Made by a program: the position numbers and the translations under genes
From: Candidatus Omnitrophota bacterium
GTDB taxonomy: Bacteria; Omnitrophota; Gorgyraeia; Zapsychrales; JANLHA01
Length of the DNA: 64,000 bases
Assembly: GCA_031423615.1 (NCBI GenBank)
Contig: JANPFV010000104.1
Location: 32,170 to 96,169 of the forward strand
Direction: 5' to 3'
Notes under the pieces: model-generated
Told to the model about the DNA's origin: nothing
Database searches by the model: none
The model's input: only the letters and a program-made list of their open reading frames with translations
Part shown: piece by piece, positions 37,746-46,683 of the stretch
Layout: each line of letters opens with the position of its first letter
Position numbering within the stretch: the stretch's first letter is position 1

Positions 37746-38257
37746 AAAATATTGTCCTTATCGGTTTTATGGGTGTGGGAAAATCTTTGGCGGCCAAGCA
37801 TCTTGCCGCTAAACTGGAGTGCACCATTATTTCCACCGATGAAAGGGTTGTAGAGCAAGAGGGAAAAAGTATTGCGCAAATTTTTCAGGACCATGGTGAA
37901 GAATATTTTCGGACAGCTGAGGCCAACATCGTCGCTGCCATTGCCGATCAAAGAAATAAGATCATCGATTGCGGCGGCGGAGTCGCCTTAAATCCCCGCA
38001 ATCTGGAATTGTTGAAAAAAAACGGCATTATTTTTTATCTTTCCGCATCAACGGAAGAAATTTATCAGAACGTCAAAGACCAAAAAAACCGTCCCCTCCT
38101 CAATACCCCGAATCCTAAAAACAAAATCAGGGAATTGCTCGAACAGCGCCGTCCGTTTTATGAAAAGGCGGACTATCAAATCGACGCTGACGGCAAGACC
38201 GGCGAACAGCTTTGCGTCGATATTTTGACGCTGTTTAAAAAAGCTTCCGCAAAGTAA
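37739..38257 (+). CDS. aroK: shikimate kinase
   Basis: NIVLIGFMGVGKS, GEEYFR, GGG, RPLL; start trimmed to MVKN. Confidence 0.95.
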   Translation: MVKNIVLIGFMGVGKSLAAKHLAAKLECTIISTDERVVEQEGKSIAQIFQDHGEEYFRTAEANIVAAIADQRNKIIDCGGGVALNPRNLELLKKNGIIFYLSASTEEIYQNVKDQKNRPLLNTPNPKNKIRELLEQRRPFYEKADYQIDADGKTGEQLCVDILTLFKKASAK

Positions 38258-38282
38258 GGCCCGGGTGGGGCGGGAGGGTGAA

Positions 38283-39395
38283 ATGACGGAACAAGAAGCC
38301 CTTGTTGTTTTAAGCGCTATATTGGGTTTAGGCAGTGTGCGCCTGCGTTCGCTCGTCGGACATTTTGGTTCCGGGGTGCAGGTTTTGCAGGCCAAAGAAG
38401 CGGAATTGGTTGAGGCCGGAATTGTGGCCCGCCACCTGGTGCAAAAAATTCTTGAATTCGACCGCGACAATTTTTTACAAAGTGAATATAATCTAATCCG
38501 GCAAAATGACGTTAACGTCGTTACGATCTTTGATGAAAATTATCCGGTGGCTTTGCGTAGCATCTATGACCCGCCCGTGGTTCTTTATATCAAGGGGCAT
38601 TGGCCTGGCGATCACGGGTTGGCGATCGGGGTCGTCGGTTCTCGCAATGCTTCAGTTTACGGGTTAAAGATTGCAGAAAAATTTTCCAGTCAACTGGCTG
38701 AATTGGGGATCACCGTGGTTTCCGGTTTGGCCCGCGGTGTGGACGCCGCCAGTCACCGCGGTTGTTTACGCACCGGCGGACAGACGGTGGCGGTTGTGGG
38801 TTGTGGTCTTTGTCATGTTTATCCTGAGCAGAATAGAGAATTGTATAAGGAGATCGGACAAAAAGGCGCGATCCTCTCGGAGTTCCCAATGTCGGTTCCG
38901 CCCATTTCTGGAAATTTTCCTGCCCGCAATCGCATCATCAGTGGATTATCTTTGGCCGTCCTGGTGGTGGAAGCTTCTCTTAAGAGCGGTGCTCTGATCA
39001 CCAGTCGCTTTGCTCTCGAGCAGGGGCGCGATGTTTTTGCCGTTCCGGGCCAGATCGACCAATCCAATAGCCAAGGTGTCAATCAACTGATCAAGGATGG
39101 CGCGAAGCTGGTCACGTGTTTTGAAGATATTTTACAGGAACTGGAGCCGCAACTCCGCCGGGATTTTGTAAAAACAGGGAAAACAGAAGAGGAATTTTTG
39201 CCGGAGAGAACGACGCATGATTTGAGTGAACAGGAATGGTCCGTCGTTAAATGTGTCAATAAAGAGCCGTTATATATCGATGAGGTTGTGGCCAAATCAG
39301 GTCAACCTCAACTGGAAGTTGCGGGTGTTTTGTTGAAACTGGAATTAAAAAAAGTCATCAAACAATTGCCGGGAAAATATTTTGTCCGGGCATAG
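38283..39395 (+). CDS. dprA: DNA-processing protein DprA
   Basis: VVGSRNAS.YG, SGLARGVD...H, FPARNRIISGL, SGALIT, VFAVPG. Confidence 0.96.
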   Translation: MTEQEALVVLSAILGLGSVRLRSLVGHFGSGVQVLQAKEAELVEAGIVARHLVQKILEFDRDNFLQSEYNLIRQNDVNVVTIFDENYPVALRSIYDPPVVLYIKGHWPGDHGLAIGVVGSRNASVYGLKIAEKFSSQLAELGITVVSGLARGVDAASHRGCLRTGGQTVAVVGCGLCHVYPEQNRELYKEIGQKGAILSEFPMSVPPISGNFPARNRIISGLSLAVLVVEASLKSGALITSRFALEQGRDVFAVPGQIDQSNSQGVNQLIKDGAKLVTCFEDILQELEPQLRRDFVKTGKTEEEFLPERTTHDLSEQEWSVVKCVNKEPLYIDEVVAKSGQPQLEVAGVLLKLELKKVIKQLPGKYFVRA

Positions 39396-39418
39396 CTTTC
39401 TGAAAGCGGGAATATTTT

Positions 39419-41395
39419 ATGGCCAGAGCCTTAGTGATTGTGGAGTCCCCCACCAAAGTCAAGACCATTAATAAAATTTTAGGTTCGAAATACAAGGTCC
39501 TGTCTTCCATGGGTCATTTGATTGATTTACCAAAGTCCAAACTGGGTGTGGATGTAGATCATGATTTTTCCGCCCAGCTTATCGTCATGCGCGCGAAACA
39601 AAAAACACTGACCGCGCTGAAAAAGGAAGCAAAAACCAAGGACGAGATTTATTTTGCGACCGACCCCGATCGTGAGGGTGAGGCGATCGGCTGGAATATC
39701 CGTCCGTATCTCGGCGAGGATAAGAAAGTTTTTCGGGTCACATTTCAGGAAATCACCAAAACGGCGGTCCTAAAGGCTTTTGAGCATCCTCGCAAGTTCG
39801 ACGGCAAAAAGATTGAATCCCAAATGGCGCGTCGCGTCCTTGACCGGATCGTCGGGTATATGATCAGTCCTTTGTTATGGAAAAAAGTGGGTTCGCGTCT
39901 GAGCGCCGGCCGCGTACAGTCCGTGGCTTTGCGCCTGATTGTCGACCGCGAACGGGCGATCAAGAATTTCCTGCCGCAGGAGTACTGGCTTATTGCCGTC
40001 GATTTGCAAAAAGCCGGCCACAAAGATGTCCTCACCGCCAATTTAGAGAAGATCAATAATGAAAAATTTGAGCTCGCGGAAAAAAACGCCACGGAAAATA
40101 TTGTTGAAGAAATCAAAAAGGAAGAATTTGTCATTTCCGATGTCATAGAAAAAGATATCAAACGCAATTCTGCCCCACCGTTTATTACCTCAACACTGCA
40201 ACAGGAGGCTTTCAACAAGCTGGGGTTTAATGCCAACCGCACGATGAAGATTGCCCAGGAGCTTTATGAGGGGATTGAATTAGGCGAAGGAGACCCCGTT
40301 GGTTTGATCACCTATATGCGGACCGACTCGGTTAATATCTCCAATGATGCTTTAAGTGCGGTCCGGGATTTTATTGAAAAAGAATACGGCGTTCGCTATC
40401 TTCCCGAAACGGCGAACCGTTATAAGTCTAAAAAATCGGCGCAAGAAGCGCATGAAGCGATCCGGCCTGCGGATGTCTTAAAGAAACCCGAAGACCTCAA
40501 GTCCTTTCTCGACGAAGACCAGTTTAAATTGTATTCTCTGATTTGGCGGCGATTTGTCAGTTCACAAATGATGCCGGCGATTTTTCGCAATAAACGTGTC
40601 GAAATTATGGCTGGACGCTTTCTTTTTTCAACATCGGGCTCGACCTTGGTTTTTGCCGGTTTCTTGACACTCGATCCGTCCGGGAATGACGCCGAAGGCA
40701 AGGTCGATCTATCGGTGTATTTTAAAAACGATCCATTGGACTTAAAGGAAGTCAAGCCCACCCAGCATTTTACCAAGCCGCCGCCACGTTTTTCGGAAGC
40801 CAGTTTGGTCAAAACACTCGAAGAGGAAGGGATCGGCCGGCCGAGTACATACGCGTCGATCATTTCGACGATTGTAGCGCGCAATTATGTTTTGCGCGAA
40901 CGCGGTTATTTTAGCGCGACCGAATTGGGAATGCGGATTTGTGATCTTCTTGTCGAATATTTTCCTACGATTATGGACATCGGGTTTACCGCCGGCATGG
41001 AAGAGCGCCTGGATCTCGTTGAGGAAGGGGAGTTGGAATATGCCCTTCTTCTGAAGGATTTTTACGGTCCCTTTAAAAAAGAGCTCGATCACGCCATGGC
41101 CACAATCGAGAAGACGCAGGAATTTATAGACGAGAAATGTCCGGAATGCGGCAAGCAAATGGTCATGAAGTGGGGCCGCCGTGGAAAATTTCTGAGCTGT
41201 TCCGATTTTCCCGCTTGCAAATTCGCTAAGCCTATTACAACGGGAATCAAATGCCCTCAGCCGGAGTGTGGCGGGGAACTTGTCAAGCGGCGGGGTAAAA
41301 GCGGGCGCGCATTTTATGGGTGCAGTAAATATCCTGCGTGTACATTTACGGCCAATGCTTTACCCGAAACCCCGGCCCCGGCCAATCCGGAATAG
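39419..41395 (+). CDS. topA: DNA topoisomerase I
   Basis: LVIVESP.K, ATDPDREGEAI, SAGRVQS, LITYMRTDS, AQEAHEAIRP, two C-terminal zinc ribbons. Confidence 0.98.
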   Translation: MARALVIVESPTKVKTINKILGSKYKVLSSMGHLIDLPKSKLGVDVDHDFSAQLIVMRAKQKTLTALKKEAKTKDEIYFATDPDREGEAIGWNIRPYLGEDKKVFRVTFQEITKTAVLKAFEHPRKFDGKKIESQMARRVLDRIVGYMISPLLWKKVGSRLSAGRVQSVALRLIVDRERAIKNFLPQEYWLIAVDLQKAGHKDVLTANLEKINNEKFELAEKNATENIVEEIKKEEFVISDVIEKDIKRNSAPPFITSTLQQEAFNKLGFNANRTMKIAQELYEGIELGEGDPVGLITYMRTDSVNISNDALSAVRDFIEKEYGVRYLPETANRYKSKKSAQEAHEAIRPADVLKKPEDLKSFLDEDQFKLYSLIWRRFVSSQMMPAIFRNKRVEIMAGRFLFSTSGSTLVFAGFLTLDPSGNDAEGKVDLSVYFKNDPLDLKEVKPTQHFTKPPPRFSEASLVKTLEEEGIGRPSTYASIISTIVARNYVLRERGYFSATELGMRICDLLVEYFPTIMDIGFTAGMEERLDLVEEGELEYALLLKDFYGPFKKELDHAMATIEKTQEFIDEKCPECGKQMVMKWGRRGKFLSCSDFPACKFAKPITTGIKCPQPECGGELVKRRGKSGRAFYGCSKYPACTFTANALPETPAPANPE

Positions 41396-41411
41396 TTATA
41401 GGAAAATGGCC

Positions 41412-42284
41412 ATGAACCGGTATGTTGAAAAATTTCTTTCTTTTCTAGATATTGAAAAGAACTATTCGCCGCACACGGTCCTGAATTATAAATCCGATCT
41501 TATAGAATTTATTGATTTTATCGCGGACAAACCTCTTGAGAAAGTTGAGTATAATGATTTTCGCCGCTTTTTAGCGCAAATGCGTTCCAACCAGTTTAAG
41601 CCCCGAACTCTGGCCCGCAAACTTTCAGCGATCCGCAGTCTTTTTAAATTTCTCCAGCGGGAAGGTTATCTAAAAGAAAATCCGTCCATCCTTTTAATGA
41701 CGCCGAAATTGGACAAAACTCTCCCAAAATTTCTTTCCGAGACTGAGATCACCCAGCTCATCGAAGCGCCGGAGATTACAATGTCCGCCGGTGCGCGGGA
41801 TCGCGCTATTTTTGAGACCCTTTACAGTTCCGGTCTGCGCGTGAGTGAATTGGTGGGACTCAACGTGGAGCATATTGATTTTATCGGTAATGTCATCAAG
41901 GTCATGGGAAAGGGCAAGAAAGAGCGCGTTGTTCCCATCGGCGACAAAGCTTTAAAAGAAATTCGCGGCTATTTGGCCGCGCGCCCGACGAAAGAAGGCG
42001 TTAATGAGCGGGCTGTTTTTTTGAATAAAAATGGTAAACGTTTGACGGACCGCAGTATCAGGAATATTATTAATAAGCATCTTCTGGCTACCAGTGTCAA
42101 GATGAAGGTGTCGCCGCATGTCCTTCGCCATTCTTTTGCGACACATTTGTTGGACCGGGGCGCCGACTTGCGCTCGGTGCAGGAACTTTTAGGGCATGTG
42201 AATTTATCCACGACGCAGATTTATACGCATCTGACGACGGAACGGTTGAAAAGCGTTTATGATAAAGCCCATCCTCATGCCTGA
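41412..42284 (+). CDS. xerC: tyrosine recombinase XerC
   Basis: LYSSGLRVSEL, GKG.KER.VP, HVLRHSFATH, LLGH..LSTTQIY, AHP; topA-xerC synteny. Confidence 0.9.
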   Translation: MNRYVEKFLSFLDIEKNYSPHTVLNYKSDLIEFIDFIADKPLEKVEYNDFRRFLAQMRSNQFKPRTLARKLSAIRSLFKFLQREGYLKENPSILLMTPKLDKTLPKFLSETEITQLIEAPEITMSAGARDRAIFETLYSSGLRVSELVGLNVEHIDFIGNVIKVMGKGKKERVVPIGDKALKEIRGYLAARPTKEGVNERAVFLNKNGKRLTDRSIRNIINKHLLATSVKMKVSPHVLRHSFATHLLDRGADLRSVQELLGHVNLSTTQIYTHLTTERLKSVYDKAHPHA

Positions 42285-42305
42285 TCTTTCCCGGCGAGTC
42301 TCCTT

Positions 42306-43589
42306 ATGATATTTTTTTATAATATTCTTTATTTTTTGGCTTTTATTTTTTATGTTCCCGTTTTATTCATTCGCGGGAAACTCCACCGCGGTTTTGTCCA
42401 AAGGTTGGGATTTCTGGGGCAGGAATTGCCTTATCGGTTTTATCAAAAAAAGAATATCTGGTTTCATGCGGTGAGTGTCGGCGAAATTTTAGCGATTGTC
42501 GGATTAGTCGAAAGAATCCGCTCAACTCATCCGGACCATCAGATTGTGATTTCCACGGTAACGCCGACGGGTTACGCCTTAGCGCAAAAACGGTTTAGAA
42601 AAGAGGACATTGTGATTTTTGCGCCGTTGGATTTTGGCTGGGCCGTAAAAAGTTTTATCAAGAGAATGAGGCCCGAGATTTTTATTGCCGCGGAAACTGA
42701 GATATGGCCTAATCTTTTAACGGTTTTGGCTCGTGCCGATGTCCCGATGGTCATGGTCAATGGCCGCATTTCTAACAAATCTTTTTATGGTTATCGCCGT
42801 TTTCAATTCTTTATCAGAAAGGTTTTACGTCCTTTCCGGGCTTTTTGCATGCAAAGCGCTTGCGACGCGGACCGTATTATCAATTTGGGCGCTTCAGCCA
42901 AAAATGTTTTTGTTTTAGGTAGTATGAAATTTGATGAGGGGGTTTCTGGCGAAGAAATCACGCTGGCCCGCTGCGGTTTTAAAAATGAAGCTTTAGTCTG
43001 GGTGGCGGGAAGCACTCATCCCGGCGAAGAAAAGATAGTGCTGGATATTTTTAAGAAATTGAAAAAGAAATTTTTTTTGCTGTCGTTAGTCATCGCACCG
43101 CGTCATATCGAGCGCTCGCCGGAGATTTGTGATTTGATTAAGGCGGAAGGTTTGACCGCGGCGGTTTTTTCGCGGATCAATCCGCCGGGGAGCGACCCGC
43201 AGGCCGTCGTGGTTGTCGACACGATTGGACACTTGAAATCCCTCTACCGTTTAGCCACGGTGGTTTTTGTGGGCAAAAGCCTCACGGGAAACGGCGGCCA
43301 GAACATCATTGAACCGGCTTTTTTTGCGAAACCGGTTATTGTCGGGCCGCATATGCAAAATTTTGCGGATATTGCCGAAATATTTTTAGAAGCGGGGGCG
43401 ATTTTACAAATCGAAACACCCGATGAGCTGCGAGAGGCTGTGAGCAAACTTTTAGCGTCGCCGGAATTGAGAACATCCTTGGGGGAGCGGGCTTTAGCCA
43501 CGATCAAGAAAAATGCCGGAGCGACCCACGGTACTGAGCGTATCATTTCCGGAATCCTCGGAGAAATCCATTTTCACAAACCGCAATAA
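42306..43589 (+). CDS. waaA: Kdo transferase
   Basis: WFHAVSVGE, ETEIWPN, NGRIS, AGSTHPGEE, APRHIER, GGQNIIEPA. Confidence 0.96.
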   Translation: MIFFYNILYFLAFIFYVPVLFIRGKLHRGFVQRLGFLGQELPYRFYQKKNIWFHAVSVGEILAIVGLVERIRSTHPDHQIVISTVTPTGYALAQKRFRKEDIVIFAPLDFGWAVKSFIKRMRPEIFIAAETEIWPNLLTVLARADVPMVMVNGRISNKSFYGYRRFQFFIRKVLRPFRAFCMQSACDADRIINLGASAKNVFVLGSMKFDEGVSGEEITLARCGFKNEALVWVAGSTHPGEEKIVLDIFKKLKKKFFLLSLVIAPRHIERSPEICDLIKAEGLTAAVFSRINPPGSDPQAVVVVDTIGHLKSLYRLATVVFVGKSLTGNGGQNIIEPAFFAKPVIVGPHMQNFADIAEIFLEAGAILQIETPDELREAVSKLLASPELRTSLGERALATIKKNAGATHGTERIISGILGEIHFHKPQ

Positions 43590-43678
43590 GCTTTCTTATA
43601 TAATATTAATAATAATCTTAATGGGACATTTTTCATTTTAGTGTAAAATAGGGGCACTTAAAATGAGGTTTGTCTTCA

Positions 43679-44734
43679 ATGCGAGACTATTTATATCGCG
43701 TGGTAACCGATCAGCAAGGCGGTAGATGCGCCGGGTTTATCCGTTTTATTTTACTGATTTTATCATTTTTCTATCGCGGAGTCGTGGCCGTGAGGAATTT
43801 CTTTTATCGGAAGGGCATTTTGCGTTCGGTTGATTTGGGAAAGATCGTAATCAGCGTCGGAAATATCACATGGGGCGGGGTTGGCAAAACTCCTTTTGTT
43901 ATTTTGCTTGTAAAGCATTTGCACAGTCGCGGATTCAATCCTGCGGTTTTAACCCGCGGATATATGAAAAACGCCGCGTCTTCTTGCAGCGATGAAGCCG
44001 CCATGATGCGGCAATATATTCCCGGCGTGGCTATCGGTGTAGGCGGCGACCGAATCCAAGCGAGCAAAAGAATTTTGTCCGTTTACCCTGTGGATGTTTT
44101 CATCCTCGATGATGGTTTTCAACACCGCAGAGTGAGACGTCATTTGGAAATTGTTCTTGTGGATTCGGCTAATCCTTTCGGGAATGGCCAGCTGATTCCC
44201 GCCGGCATTCTGCGCGAGCCGCTGAGCGCTTTAAAACGGGCCCACATTATTGTTTTGACGAAGTCGGATTTTAATCCCTCAATGACGCAGGTCTTAGAAG
44301 AGCGTATCCGGCGGATCAACCCGGTTTGCGTTATTGGCTGGGCCGCGCACGCCCCGCAAGCCTTAGAAGAAATTTTTTCCGGGCGTCAAGAGCCCCTTGC
44401 GTATTTGCGCGATTGCAAAATTTTTATTTTTTGCGCCGTGGGAGACCCGCAGAGTTTTACAGAAACCTTGCTGGGGACGGGGGCGGTTGTTGAAAAGGGT
44501 TTTGTTTTTCAGGACCATTATGTTTATTCTGCCAAAGATATTCGGATGATGGTTGAACAGGCAGAAAAGTCGGGGGTCAGGAACTTTGTGACGACGGCAA
44601 AAGACGCCATAAAAGTTATCCCGTTAAAAGAGCATTTTGGCATCTGCCGTTTTTGGGTTTTGAAAATTGAAATTGAACTGCGAAATGGAAAGGACAAAGT
44701 TTTTGGGCGAATTGATCATTTATTGGGCCGTTAG
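43679..44734 (+). CDS. lpxK: tetraacyldisaccharide 4'-kinase
   Basis: SVGNITWGGVGKTP, RGY, LDDGFQH, PAGILREP, TTAKDA.K. Confidence 0.96.
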   Translation: MRDYLYRVVTDQQGGRCAGFIRFILLILSFFYRGVVAVRNFFYRKGILRSVDLGKIVISVGNITWGGVGKTPFVILLVKHLHSRGFNPAVLTRGYMKNAASSCSDEAAMMRQYIPGVAIGVGGDRIQASKRILSVYPVDVFILDDGFQHRRVRRHLEIVLVDSANPFGNGQLIPAGILREPLSALKRAHIIVLTKSDFNPSMTQVLEERIRRINPVCVIGWAAHAPQALEEIFSGRQEPLAYLRDCKIFIFCAVGDPQSFTETLLGTGAVVEKGFVFQDHYVYSAKDIRMMVEQAEKSGVRNFVTTAKDAIKVIPLKEHFGICRFWVLKIEIELRNGKDKVFGRIDHLLGR

Positions 44735-46667
44735 GATATTGGGTCTTTTTGTCCAGGTTTTGCCCATCGGGCTTTCTTTGCGATTGGGAAAAATTATGGG
44801 CATGACCGCGTATTATCTAAACGGTAAGCATCGGCGGATTGTTTATTCCAACTTGCGGATCGCTTTTGCTAAGAGCAAATCTCCCGAAGAAATTCGCCGC
44901 ATCGCCAAAGAAACTTTTGCAAATTATGGACAAAATGTGATTGAACTGTTTCGTTTTCCTATGCTGGATACGGTCAAATTTCATGAATTTGTTGAGGTTA
45001 AAGGTCAAGAACATGTGGATGAAGCGATCAAACAAGAGAAAGGCGTTATTTTGCTGGCTATGCATTTTGGCTCTTGGGAAATGGCCAATCTGATCGGTTC
45101 GACGCTCCGCCACCCTTATAAAGTATTGGTTAAAGCGCAAACCAAGAATTCCCGCTTGGGGGAATTGCTCAACTCTTTTCGTCGCAGCGGCGGCACGACG
45201 GTGATCAAAAGGGGTTTGGGCACGCGCGAACTTTTAAAGAGTTTGAAAAATAATGAAGTTGCGGCTTTGGTCGTAGACCAAGGGGGAAGAGACGGGGTTT
45301 TGGTCCCATTTTTCGGGAAAGAAGCCAGTATGTCGTCGGGTGCAATCCGTATCGGATTGAAGATGGGTGTGCCGCTGTGCTTTGTCACCATTGTCCGCAA
45401 GCAAGGGCCGTATCATCTTTTAGTCATTGAAAAACCTTTGGTTTTGAGCCATACGGGAAATGAAGAGCGGGATGTTGTCGCCAACTTGATTAGAATTACG
45501 GCCCTCATGGAAAAAGCCATTTTACAAAATCCTGCGGAATACATGTGGTTTTATAAAATTTGGAAATATTCCCGTGATTCTGTCGTCGGTATTTTGACCG
45601 ACGGGAAGGCTGGACACTTGCGTCAATCGGAAGCGGTAGGCGGGCTTTTGTCACAGGCCCTCAAAGAGCGGGGGAGTAACACTCAACGGCCTATTTTACA
45701 TGTCCATTTTAAAAGTCAATGGCGGGGAAAATTTTGTGCGCTGGCGGCTTGTGTCGGCAATCTTTTACAGCACCGCGGCCGGATATGGCTTTTGCGTTTT
45801 TGTTTGACTAAGGATTCTTTCCGCCAGTTGATGTCGGTCAAACCCGATTTTCTGGTCTCCTGCGGTTCGGCGGTCGCCGGGGTCAATTATCTTTTGTCTT
45901 TGGAGCATGGGGCCAAGAATGTGGTTATTCTCAAGCCGGGGATGTTAAACATCCGGCATTTCGATATGGTCATTTTACCCCGTCATGACACGCTCCGACG
46001 TCAACATTGGCCCGCGAATGTTATCGTGACTGAGGGTGCTCCCAATTTGATTACCCCCAGCTATCTGGCCGAACAAACAGCGGCGCTTTTAAAACGTTTT
46101 TCTCATCTTAAGAGCGGGGATAATTTTAAAATCGGCGTCCTTTTGGGTGGCGACACACCGGAATTTGTTTTAAGCGAACAGCGGGTCAGGATTTTGATCC
46201 ACCAGTTGATCGAGACGGCTGAAGAAACTCAGGCGGATATTCTTTTGACAACTTCCCGTCGCACGTCGGCAAAAATAGAAAATATGATTATGCGGGAATT
46301 GAGTAAATATCGCCGCTGTAAATTTCTAGTCATTGCTAATCGGGAAGATGTCCCGCAAGCTGTGGGCGGAATTTTGGGGCTGGCGGATGTTATTGTGGTT
46401 TCCGGTGACAGTATTTCTATGATTTCGGAAGCGGCCAGCGCCGGGAAAAAAGTTGCGGCCTTTTTTGTGGAACACCGCCGTGGCGTTCCTTTTGAAAGGA
46501 CCAAGCACGGCCGTTTCTTGGAACGGCTCAACAAAGACGGGCATATCCTTTCCGCGGATGTCAAATATATGAAGGACTCCCTGTATAAGCTGATTAAGAA
46601 TAAAGTCCAAACCAGGAAAATAGATGATGATGCGGTGATTCTGGAGAGCTTACAGAAATTTATTTAA
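44685..46667 (+). CDS. lipid A late acyltransferase (LpxL/HtrB) fused to ELM1/GtrOC1-family domain
   Basis: N-half HFGSWE, VVDQ, VPFFG, PAEYMWFYK.WK; C-half DGKAGH..QS, P.HD, LLGG, TTSRRT, SGDSISMISEA. Confidence 0.85.
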   Translation: MERTKFLGELIIYWAVRILGLFVQVLPIGLSLRLGKIMGMTAYYLNGKHRRIVYSNLRIAFAKSKSPEEIRRIAKETFANYGQNVIELFRFPMLDTVKFHEFVEVKGQEHVDEAIKQEKGVILLAMHFGSWEMANLIGSTLRHPYKVLVKAQTKNSRLGELLNSFRRSGGTTVIKRGLGTRELLKSLKNNEVAALVVDQGGRDGVLVPFFGKEASMSSGAIRIGLKMGVPLCFVTIVRKQGPYHLLVIEKPLVLSHTGNEERDVVANLIRITALMEKAILQNPAEYMWFYKIWKYSRDSVVGILTDGKAGHLRQSEAVGGLLSQALKERGSNTQRPILHVHFKSQWRGKFCALAACVGNLLQHRGRIWLLRFCLTKDSFRQLMSVKPDFLVSCGSAVAGVNYLLSLEHGAKNVVILKPGMLNIRHFDMVILPRHDTLRRQHWPANVIVTEGAPNLITPSYLAEQTAALLKRFSHLKSGDNFKIGVLLGGDTPEFVLSEQRVRILIHQLIETAEETQADILLTTSRRTSAKIENMIMRELSKYRRCKFLVIANREDVPQAVGGILGLADVIVVSGDSISMISEAASAGKKVAAFFVEHRRGVPFERTKHGRFLERLNKDGHILSADVKYMKDSLYKLIKNKVQTRKIDDDAVILESLQKFI

Positions 46668-46683
46668 CGATAAGGATCCTAAG

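Noticed and set aside
41412-42284. tyrosine recombinase as a phage or island integrase
   Set aside because: XerC length and motifs in the conserved dprA-topA-xerC context; no cargo or att sites.
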